From NCBI GenBank assembly GCA_026225255.1, contig JAMFSJ010000018.1:2934-66933 (forward strand): a stretch of DNA of 64,000 nucleotides. Direction: 5' to 3'. Source of the DNA: Methylacidimicrobium fagopyrum (GTDB lineage: Bacteria > Verrucomicrobiota > Verrucomicrobiia > Limisphaerales > UBA11358). The translations under genes and the position numbers were made by a program. The notes beneath the pieces are model-generated. The model worked only from the letters and a program-made list of their open reading frames with translations. It was not told the origin of the DNA and ran no database searches. This document shows positions 17,928 through 26,865 of the stretch, one piece after another. Numbering within the stretch: the stretch's first letter is position 1; every line of letters starts with the position of its first letter.

Positions 17928-19292
17928 ATGAAATTCTTGCTCGCGATTGTTTTATTTTTATCCGCCCTGATGCCGCTCGCACGGGCGCAATCGGATGGGG
18001 ATGATCGCTACATCACCATTTACACGCAGATCCAGCAAGGCGACACGTTGGTGGACTCTGGCCAGACGCGCGAAGCCTTGCCGGTGTATCAGAATGCGCT
18101 GGCGCAGTTGCAGAAATTCAAAACGGCCTATCCGAACTGGGGCAACGACATCGTCAGTTTCCGGTTGGGTGATCTGGCCGATAAAATTTCAAAGTTACAA
18201 GCGTCGGCGCCGGTGAAAAAAGTTGAACCGGTGGCCGCCAACGCATCGCCGGAGAATCCGGTGAAACCCGATCCGCAAGTGGCGATCTTGCAATCGCAAT
18301 TACAATCGGCGCGGGACGAGAACACGCAGTTGCAGGCTAAATTAAAAGAAGCGCTCGCGACGCAACCGGCCATGGTGGATGCCGGCTCGCTGGTCACCGC
18401 GCAGGCGCAGATCCTTTCGTTGATGAAGGAAAATGATTTGTTGAAGGCTTGCAAAAATACGCCCGTAAACAGTGCCGCCGACCAAACCATCGCGCAGTTG
18501 CGGGCGCAATTGTCCGCCGCGCAGCAAAAACCTTCCGCCCATTTGACCTCGGAGGCGGCGGCGATTGCGGAATTGAACGAGCAAGTAAAAACCTTGCAGG
18601 CCCGCGTGGCGGCGGACGAAATGAAGCCGGCTCCGTTTTCGGAGGAAGAACTGGCGGCGATCCGCACGGGCACGAATGCCGCCCCCATTCGCAAACCGGT
18701 TGAGCAGCTATTGCCGGCGGGCACGGCGGAGTTGGTGGCTTCGGCTTCAGCGCATTTCTCCAAGCAAGAATACTCGGCGGCCGAGGCGGACTATCAGAAG
18801 ATTTTGCAACATGACGAAAACAATGGCCTGACGCTCGCGAACCTCGCGGCGATTGAAATGCAGGAAAATAAATTGGGCGCGGCGGAAAAACATATCCAAG
18901 CCGCCCTCGTGCAAAGTCCCGATGACCCTTACAACCTGGCGATGCTCGGAAAGATTAAATTTTCCCAGAATAAATATGACGACGCCTTGGACGCCTTGAG
19001 CCGTTCGGCAAAAATTGATCCGTCGAATCCGGAGACCCAGAATTATCTGGGCGTGACGTTAAGCCAAAAAGGTCTGCGCGTGCCGGCGGAAGCTGCGTTG
19101 CGCAAAGCGATCGAACTGGACCCGAATTACGCCCCCGCCCACAACAATCTCGCGATGATTTATTTGAGCCAGACGCCGTCGTTGCCGCAACTCGCACGCT
19201 GGCATTACGAAAAAGCGCTGGCCGCCGGCCAGCCGCGCAATGCTGACTTGGAGAAAATGCTGAAGGATAAAGGCGCGTCCGTAGCGCCCTAA
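17928..19292 (+). CDS. secreted TPR-repeat protein with a central coiled-coil region
   Basis: ORF 17865..19292. The ATG at 17928 gives the signal peptide MKFLLAIVLFLSALMPLARA. It has a Q/A-rich coiled-coil middle and C-terminal TPR repeats (NLAMLG..., NYLGVTL..., HNNLAMIY). Confidence 0.7.
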   Translation: MKFLLAIVLFLSALMPLARAQSDGDDRYITIYTQIQQGDTLVDSGQTREALPVYQNALAQLQKFKTAYPNWGNDIVSFRLGDLADKISKLQASAPVKKVEPVAANASPENPVKPDPQVAILQSQLQSARDENTQLQAKLKEALATQPAMVDAGSLVTAQAQILSLMKENDLLKACKNTPVNSAADQTIAQLRAQLSAAQQKPSAHLTSEAAAIAELNEQVKTLQARVAADEMKPAPFSEEELAAIRTGTNAAPIRKPVEQLLPAGTAELVASASAHFSKQEYSAAEADYQKILQHDENNGLTLANLAAIEMQENKLGAAEKHIQAALVQSPDDPYNLAMLGKIKFSQNKYDDALDALSRSAKIDPSNPETQNYLGVTLSQKGLRVPAEAALRKAIELDPNYAPAHNNLAMIYLSQTPSLPQLARWHYEKALAAGQPRNADLEKMLKDKGASVAP

Positions 19293-19408
19293 AATCTTTC
19301 GCGCACCGGGCGGGACGGGGTCGAACCGTAGCAGTTGTTTGGGCGGACACGCTGGCCATGGGAGTTTTTTAATTTAGGGCGCGAAGGAATTTCGCCCCGC
19401 CCAATTTT

Positions 19409-19828
19409 ATGCGTCAGTCATTTCACGAACTTACCCTCGCCACGCGCGGCCGCGGGTTGATTGATTTTACCCGCGACGTTGAAAAGTGGATTGCCGCCCA
19501 TCAATTTCGCGATGGCTTGCTCACGTTGCATTTGCGCCACACGTCGGCGTCGCTCTTGATTCAGGAAAATGCCGATCCCGATGTGCGCCGCGATCTGGAC
19601 GCCTTTTTCGCGCGGCTCGTGCGGGATGGCGATCCCCTGTTCATCCACAACGCCGAGGGCGACGATGACATGCCGGCCCACATCCGCACAGCGCTGACGG
19701 CGGTGAATCTTTCCATTCCGATTCACGGTGGCGAACTGGCGCTCGGCACGTGGCAGGGAATTTATTTGTGGGAACATCGCACGCATCCGCACTCGCGTCA
19801 CATCGCGCTGCATTTCATCGGGGAATAA
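19409..19828 (+). CDS. yjbQ: YjbQ/UPF0047 family protein (secondary thiamine-phosphate synthase-like)
   Basis: 139 aa with blocks LHLRHTSASLLIQENADPDV, DDMPAHIR and LGTWQGIYLWEHR. Confidence 0.9.
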   Translation: MRQSFHELTLATRGRGLIDFTRDVEKWIAAHQFRDGLLTLHLRHTSASLLIQENADPDVRRDLDAFFARLVRDGDPLFIHNAEGDDDMPAHIRTALTAVNLSIPIHGGELALGTWQGIYLWEHRTHPHSRHIALHFIGE

Positions 19829-20268
19829 ATCACCGATGAGGGGAGACTTTTTTGAGACGAGACTGGGGAAATTTAAATAAGGAAGGCAGGAAAGCAGGAA
19901 AATTCCTGAACTCTTGATTTCCTTATTCAAGTTGAAAGCTTGTCCTTGGCATTCTGGTATTTCCTCCGCCAAACCATCTCCGATGAGGGGAGACGGCTTT
20001 GAGACGAGACTGGGGAAAGTTAAATAAGGAAGGCAGGAAAGCAGGAAAATTCCTGAATTCCTGCTTTCTTTATTCAAATCAAAATTTTGTCCCGCGCATT
20101 TTGGTGTTTCCTCCGCCAAACATTCTCCGATGAGACGAGAGGGCTTTGAGCGGTGACTTGGGAAAGTAAAATAAGGAAGGCAGGAAATGAGAAATATTCC
20201 TGCTTTCCTGCCTTCCTTATTCAAATCAAAAGCTTGTCCCTGGCATTCTGGCTGTTCCTCCCCCAAAC
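19829..20268. repeat. three tandem 146-147-bp units (19829-19975, 19976-20121, 20122-20268), each with a long hairpin
   Basis: The units align by eye over their full length. In unit 3, AATAAGGAAGGCAGGAAA (20170-20187) pairs perfectly with TTTCCTGCCTTCCTTATT (20204-20221). Confidence 0.9.
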
Positions 20269-20359
20269 GTATGCCGGAAGAAACTTGCTTTGCACGGGTG
20301 CGAAAAATTATTCTGTTTCCTCACTGACGATCCAAAACAAATTTTAATTTCTGACACGC

Positions 20360-22144
20360 ATGAAACATTCGATCTTCAACGGTTCACTTCCAAAAATCGG
20401 CATTCGCCCGACGATTGACGGGCGCCTCGGTGGCGTTCGCGAATCGCTCGAAAAACAGACGATGGACATGGCCAAGTCCGCTGCAAAATTAATTTCATCC
20501 ACCCTGCGTTATCCCAACGGCGAGCCGGTCGAATGCGTCATTGCTGATACTTGTATCGGTGGCGTGGCCGAAGCGGCGGCGTGTGCGGAAAAATTTGCGC
20601 GCGCGGGCGTCGGCGTTTCGCTCACGGTCACGCCATGCTGGTGTTACGGCAGTGAAACAATGGACATGGATAAAACTTTGCCCAAAGCGGTCTGGGGTTT
20701 TAATGGCACGGAACGTCCGGGCGCCGTTTATCTCGCCGCGGTGCTGGCCGGTCATACGCAAAAAGGCATTCCGGCGTTCGGCATTTACGGTCATGAAGTG
20801 CAGGATGGGGATGACAAATCCATTCCGGCCGATGTGCAGGAAAAACTTCTCCGCTTTGCCCGCGCCGGTCTCGCGGTCGCGTTGATGCGCGGCAAATCTT
20901 ATCTCGGCATGGGCGGTGTTTCGATGGGCATCGCCGGTTCCATTGTGGATCAACCGTTCTTCGAGGAATATCTCGGGATGCGCGTCGAGACGGTGGACAT
21001 GACGGAGTTTCTGCGCCGCATCGACAAAGGTATTTTCGATCAAGCCGAATACAAAAAAGCACTCGTGTGGGTGAAAGAAAATTGTCCCGAAGGCAAAGAT
21101 TATAATTCACCCAAAACCAAACGTTCGCGCAAACAACTCAATAGTGAATGGGAAACGTCTGTCAAGATGGCGCTCATCGCGCGTGACTTGATGGTCGGCA
21201 ATCCGGAGCTGAAAAAAATGGGCTTCGGCGAAGAAGCGCACGGCCACAACGCCATCGCGTCCGGTTTTCAAGGTCAACGTCAATGGACGGACTATCAACC
21301 GAACGGCGATTTTCTTGAAGCGATCCTCACGACGTCGTTCGACTGGAATGGCATCCGCGCACCTTACATGGTCGCCACGGAAAACGATTGCCTCAACGGC
21401 GCGTCGATGTTGTTCGGTCATTTGCTCACGAACACCGCGCAGATTTTTGCCGATGTGCGCACGTATTGGAGTGCCGACGCGGTGAAACGCGTTTCCGGTC
21501 ACACGCTCGAAGGTCACGCGGCGGGTGGCATCTTGCATCTCATCAATTCCGGCCCGGCAACGCTCGACGGCACCGGCCAGCAAGAAAGCGACGGTCAACC
21601 GGCAATGAAACCGTTTTGGGAAATTTCCAAAACGGAAGCCAAAAAATGTCTCGGTGCGACAACATGGCATCCGTCCATCACGGAATATTTCCCGGGCGGC
21701 GGCTGGTCCACCCGTTTCCTCACGCGCGGCGGCATGCCCGTAACGATGTGTCGTTTGAACCTCGTAAAAGGTCTCGGCCCCGCGCTACAAATCGCCGAAG
21801 GTTACACCGTTGACCTGCCGGAAAATGTCCACGACGCGCTGGATCAACGCACGAACCCGACATGGCCGACCACATGGTTCGCGCCGAAGCTTACAGGGCA
21901 GGGTGCCTTCCGCGATGTCTACACGGTGATGAATAATTGGGGCGCGAACCACGGTTCCATCAGCTACGGCCACATTGGTGCGGACTTGATCGCGCTCGCA
22001 TCGTTGCTGCGGATTCCGGTTTACATGCATAACGTCGCGGCGGAAAAGGTGTTTCGTCCGAGCGCGTGGGCGGCGTTCGGCACGGCGGATTTGGAAAGCG
22101 CCGATTACCGGGCCTGCGCTAATTTTGGAGCGCTGTATGCGTGA
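20360..22144 (+). CDS. fucI: L-fucose isomerase
   Basis: 594 aa with [20 protein letters not shown]...[10 protein letters not shown]...[11 protein letters not shown], a typical FucI N-terminus. The length also fits. Confidence 0.93.
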   Translation: MKHSIFNGSLPKIGIRPTIDGRLGGVRESLEKQTMDMAKSAAKLISSTLRYPNGEPVECVIADTCIGGVAEAAACAEKFARAGVGVSLTVTPCWCYGSETMDMDKTLPKAVWGFNGTERPGAVYLAAVLAGHTQKGIPAFGIYGHEVQDGDDKSIPADVQEKLLRFARAGLAVALMRGKSYLGMGGVSMGIAGSIVDQPFFEEYLGMRVETVDMTEFLRRIDKGIFDQAEYKKALVWVKENCPEGKDYNSPKTKRSRKQLNSEWETSVKMALIARDLMVGNPELKKMGFGEEAHGHNAIASGFQGQRQWTDYQPNGDFLEAILTTSFDWNGIRAPYMVATENDCLNGASMLFGHLLTNTAQIFADVRTYWSADAVKRVSGHTLEGHAAGGILHLINSGPATLDGTGQQESDGQPAMKPFWEISKTEAKKCLGATTWHPSITEYFPGGGWSTRFLTRGGMPVTMCRLNLVKGLGPALQIAEGYTVDLPENVHDALDQRTNPTWPTTWFAPKLTGQGAFRDVYTVMNNWGANHGSISYGHIGADLIALASLLRIPVYMHNVAAEKVFRPSAWAAFGTADLESADYRACANFGALYA

Positions 22145-22301
22145 GGGGAACGGGATTTTTAAGCCGCTGCTCGGCGTTGATAAAAACTTGGGTGACTGGG
22201 TGACGGCGGTGCGTGCGCGCCCCGTTCACCTTCGCCCGATCCCCTTCGAGGAGCGAGGGGAGCCGCGTTGGGAGTGGGAATGATTGCGGGGGACGTTGGC
22301 G

Positions 22302-22328
22302 GTTTGATGAAGGATTGCTTCATCAAAC
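22302..22328. terminator. perfect 11-bp hairpin between the convergent fucI and galK genes
   Basis: GTTTGATGAAG-gattg-CTTCATCAAAC. There is no U-tract on either side, so a terminator role is only inferred. Confidence 0.4.
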
Positions 22329-22398
22329 CCCGTTAAATCGAAGGTGTTTTGAGGCGCACGGATTGACGCACTTTTGCCGAATCCATCCGCCCGCGCGT

Positions 22399-23574
<1,176 letters not shown>

Positions 23575-23640
23575 AAAATTAAATCAAGCGAGGTTTGAAG
23601 ATAGAAAATTTAAAATTAAAATGCGAGTGCCGAATGGTCG

Positions 23641-23782
23641 GGCGGAACGACCGTTCCGCCGCAATTGCTAAACCCTGCAAATCACCACCATCAGCCCCGC
23701 CGGCCCGGGTGATAAACGGGCAAAGCGGCCGCTTTGCCCGACCCTTGATTGATTCCGCGCGGGGGCGCTCACGGCGAGCGCC
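23641..23782. repeat. cluster of three different GC-rich hairpins (BIME-like)
   Basis: GGCGGAACG-ac-CGTTCCGCC (23641-23660), the 22-nt perfect palindrome GGGCAAAGCGGCCGCTTTGCCC (23718-23739), and GGCGCTC-acggc-GAGCGCC (23764-23782). Confidence 0.8.
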
Positions 23783-23787
23783 GGCGA

Positions 23788-23997
23788 CTATTTTCCATCT
23801 TCCTTCTTGCCGCGACCGTAGAATGCGCCGCCTAACATCGCGAGACCGAAAACGAGGAGCACGATGCCCCAGATGAAGTTGATGTTGATGCCGAGCGAAA
23901 TGGCGTTATCGGATTTGACGATCATGCCGTAAACGGTGAGCAACGCGCCGATGAGCGTGAACATGAGGCCGATTGGCCAGCGAATATCGAGTCCCAT
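23788..23997 (-). CDS. small membrane protein co-transcribed with the symporter
   Basis: 69-aa ORF with two hydrophobic helices. It lies 27 bp downstream of the symporter stop on the same strand. Confidence 0.5.
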   Translation of the reverse strand: MGLDIRWPIGLMFTLIGALLTVYGMIVKSDNAISLGININFIWGIVLLVFGLAMLGGAFYGRGKKEDGK

Positions 23998-24024
23998 AAT
24001 TTTATTTTAGTTACGTTATTTGGT

Positions 24025-25992
24025 TCACCAGAAAATGAAATTCAAGATGACGCAGCAGATCAACAGCACGATGCCAAGAACCGCCGGACGTTGATACCAC
24101 GGTTGATTGTTGTCCACGATTTTAGGCGTGAGCGAATAAACGAGGCCCTTCAATTCCGCGTCCGTTTTGGTGCGTTTCGTGACGAGCGAGATGCCGACCG
24201 TCAACACGAACGCCGCGATGAACGCGAACGCCGCGAGCCAGAAGTTCTGCGCCATTTCACTCGGGAAAGCGGTAACGACGTGGATGTAACCACCTTTCAT
24301 CACATTGACGACATGGCCGGAGGCGTCCAGATTCGATTTGACCGTGGTCAGCGCGTGGAAAATGGCGGAGCTGCCGATGCCGCCGAACAGACCGAGAAAC
24401 GCGCCGGTCGCGGTGGTGCGTTTCCAGAACATGCCGAGCAGGAAGGTGGCGAACAGCGGCGCATTCACGAAGCCGAATACGAGCTGGATGATGTCCATCG
24501 CGTTATTATATTGCGAGGCGAAATAGGCCGCGGCGATGCTCAAAACAATGCCGCCGATGGTCGCGAATTTGCCGACCCAGAAATAATGTTTGTCGCTCTT
24601 GTTCTTCGCGAAATTTGCCTGATACAAATCATAGGTGAAAACCGTGTTGAAGGCCGTCACGTTGCCCGCCATGCCGGACATAAAGGACGCGAGCAGGGCC
24701 GTCAGCGCGAGGCCGAGCAATCCCGGCGGACAATATTTTTTTACGAGCGAAAGGATGACGCCGTCGTAATCGTTCTCGGTGATGCTGTTATAAAGGCCTT
24801 GCTTGATCTGCTCGTCGGACAATTTGTTATCCAAGTTGGCGCGCGCCATGGATAAAATGATCGCGGGATCCACGTTTTTACCCAAGGCCTCGTCGATGGC
24901 TTGGGTCATTTTTTCCGTGTTCGCCGGGTTGGTGGTCTTGAATGCGTCCACGGCCTTCGCATAATTCTCGGAGGAAACGAGCGGCGGTGGGATGCGATAA
25001 TGTTTATCGGGCATGGTCATCAACGCGGCGGCGATCATGCCGGGCACGATGACGAGAAAGGGGAAAACCATTTTCGGGACGGACGCGACGAGCGGTGTAT
25101 TCCGCGCCGCGGCCATATTTTTCGCGGCCATCGCGCGTTGCACCACGAGGAAGTTCGTGCACCAATAACCGAAGCTCAAAACGAAACCGAGACCGAAGAG
25201 CATCGCGAATAAATCGACGCCCATCGGATTGTGCGCCGAACCGGCGATCAAAGGTTTCCACGCACTCGTCCACGCGTCGGCGGCGTAACCATTGTTCGTC
25301 GCGACGGTCTGCAGCGAGTTGTTCATGGAATGCCAGCCGCCCACGTCTTTTAATCCAAGATAAACCACCGGGGCGAAACCGAGGACGATCATGAAGAATT
25401 GCAACACTTCCGTGTAGATGGCCGAGGTCAAACCACCCTTTAAAACATAGAGCAAAACGATGATGGAACTGATCCACAGGTAAATATCGTAGCTGCCGAG
25501 ATGAAAACCGAGGACATTCAAACTCATTTGCCACGGCAACAAATTGGCGAGCAGTTTAGCCAGCGCGTTCATCGAAATGCCGGAAGCGAAAATCGTCATT
25601 ACCGCAAAGGCAAAGGAGTTGAGCAAACGCACCCGTCCGTCAAAACGCATTTTCAGATATTCGGGAACCGAACGCGCTTTCGAGCCGTAATAAAACGGCA
25701 TCATGAAGACAGCGAGAAAGATCATCGCGGGAATCGCGCCGACCCAATAAAAATGCGCGGTTGAGATGCCGTATTTCGCACCGCTGGCGGCCATGCCGAC
25801 AAGTTCCAGCGCCCCGAGATTCGCCGAAATAAACGCGAGACCAGTGACCCAAGTGGGGATGGAACGGGCGGAAGTCAAAAAGTCCGCCGAGGTTTTCATG
25901 TAACGTGCCAGCGTCCAGCCAATGCCTAAAACAAAGGCGACATAAGCAATGAGGATGGCGTAATCGATGTGATGCAGTTGAATCGGTTGCAT
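24025..25992 (-). CDS. sodium:solute symporter family (SSS/SGLT-like) transporter
   Basis: 655 aa with many TM segments. The overall pattern fits the SSS family, with a roughly 90-aa hydrophilic insertion in the middle. Confidence 0.88.
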   Translation of the reverse strand: MQPIQLHHIDYAILIAYVAFVLGIGWTLARYMKTSADFLTSARSIPTWVTGLAFISANLGALELVGMAASGAKYGISTAHFYWVGAIPAMIFLAVFMMPFYYGSKARSVPEYLKMRFDGRVRLLNSFAFAVMTIFASGISMNALAKLLANLLPWQMSLNVLGFHLGSYDIYLWISSIIVLLYVLKGGLTSAIYTEVLQFFMIVLGFAPVVYLGLKDVGGWHSMNNSLQTVATNNGYAADAWTSAWKPLIAGSAHNPMGVDLFAMLFGLGFVLSFGYWCTNFLVVQRAMAAKNMAAARNTPLVASVPKMVFPFLVIVPGMIAAALMTMPDKHYRIPPPLVSSENYAKAVDAFKTTNPANTEKMTQAIDEALGKNVDPAIILSMARANLDNKLSDEQIKQGLYNSITENDYDGVILSLVKKYCPPGLLGLALTALLASFMSGMAGNVTAFNTVFTYDLYQANFAKNKSDKHYFWVGKFATIGGIVLSIAAAYFASQYNNAMDIIQLVFGFVNAPLFATFLLGMFWKRTTATGAFLGLFGGIGSSAIFHALTTVKSNLDASGHVVNVMKGGYIHVVTAFPSEMAQNFWLAAFAFIAAFVLTVGISLVTKRTKTDAELKGLVYSLTPKIVDNNQPWYQRPAVLGIVLLICCVILNFIFW

Positions 25993-26074
25993 AGTGATTT
26001 GGTGTCGCGCGGAATTTTGCGGGTTGCGCGGATAATGTCAAATTTTTAACCGCAAAAAGGAATTAAACGCCACG

Positions 26075-26123
26075 ACGCAAAGAGGCCGCGGCGGACAGCC
26101 TGCCTACGGCGACCTCTTTGCGT
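26075..26123 (-). terminator. hairpin downstream of the response-regulator gene
   Basis: ACGCAAAGAGG / CCTCTTTGCGT forms an 11-bp stem with a 27-nt loop. It sits about 20 nt after the stop at 26143, and a weak T-rich tract follows on the minus strand. Confidence 0.45.
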
Positions 26124-26142
26124 TGAACGGATTTTTAAATGA

Positions 26143-26778
26143 CTAGCGTTGCAGAAATTTTGCCACAGCTTCGGTGCGGGTGCGGACTTGCAGTTTTTCG
26201 TAAATCCGGCGGATGTAGGTGTGCACGGTTTCGTAGCTGATCGACAATTTGTCGGCGATTTCTTTATAGATCAAGCCTTGCGCCAAGAGGTCGAGAACTT
26301 GTTGTTCGCGTTCGGAGAGTTCGGATAATTCGTTGGCGGCTTGTTGTTGGCCGGCGGATTTTTGGAAGGATTGGACGACTTTGCGCGCGATGTGCGTAGT
26401 CATCGGCGAACCGCCGCGTTTCACTTCGTGAATGGCTTCGATCAATTCTTTCGCGGGCGTGCGCTTAAGCATGTAACCGTTCGCACCGGCGGCGAGGGCT
26501 TTGAAAATATTTTCCGTGTCTTCGTAAACAGTGAGCATCATCACCTGCGTCGCGGGCAAAAGCGTTTTCAACTGGCGCACGCATTCCACGCCGTTCATGC
26601 CGGGCAGATTGATGTCCATGAGCACGATGTCCGGTTTCACTTTTGGCAAACCGGCCAGCGCGTCCTCGGCGCTGGCGTAATCGCTCGCAAATTTAAAACC
26701 TTCCGCGCGACCGATCATTTTGGCGAGGGTGCCGCGCAATTTGTCGTTGTCCTCGACGATGGAAATGGAGATGGGCAT
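26143..26778 (-). CDS. NarL/LuxR-family response regulator
   Basis: 211 aa with a receiver domain (IVLMDINLPGMNG) and a LuxR-type HTH (LSEREQQVLDLLAQGLIYKEIADKLSISYETVHTYIRRIY). Confidence 0.92.
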   Translation of the reverse strand: MPISISIVEDNDKLRGTLAKMIGRAEGFKFASDYASAEDALAGLPKVKPDIVLMDINLPGMNGVECVRQLKTLLPATQVMMLTVYEDTENIFKALAAGANGYMLKRTPAKELIEAIHEVKRGGSPMTTHIARKVVQSFQKSAGQQQAANELSELSEREQQVLDLLAQGLIYKEIADKLSISYETVHTYIRRIYEKLQVRTRTEAVAKFLQR

Positions 26779-26789
26779 AAATTAAGTTT

Positions 26790-26865
26790 GAATGACGAAT
26801 GACGAAGGCAGAAATAGAAACCGCCCGCTCTTAAAATTGAATTCGGCAGGCTTCATTCGTCATTT
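26790..26865. repeat. inverted repeat with low-complexity arms, (GAATGAC)n type
   Basis: AATGACGAATGA (26791-26802) pairs with TCATTCGTCATT (26853-26864), leaving a loop of about 50 nt. The right arm overlaps the kinase stop codon (26860-26862). Confidence 0.8.

Noticed and set aside
19301-19335. tRNA-like T-arm (ACGG-TTCGACC-CCGT followed by CCCGCCC) on the minus strand after the TPR gene; possible tRNA or att remnant
   Set aside because: I could build no D-arm, anticodon arm or matching 5' acceptor strand at tRNA distance. It more likely belongs to the GC-rich hairpin background. A tRNAscan or Aragorn run would settle it.
19418-20266. 282-aa minus-strand ORF running through the three 147-bp repeats
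   Set aside because: It has a TTG start, and its repeat-derived peptide is dominated by the hairpin arms (FLLSCLPY / KEGRKAG). The ORF continues fully antisense through the well-supported yjbQ gene. It is most likely a shadow frame.
22213-22270. CCCCTTCGAGGAGCGAGGGG hairpin region downstream of fucI as a separate repeat family
   Set aside because: There is only one copy in the window and the stem is short (5 bp). That is not enough to call a family. It is mentioned only as part of the convergent fucI/galK spacer.
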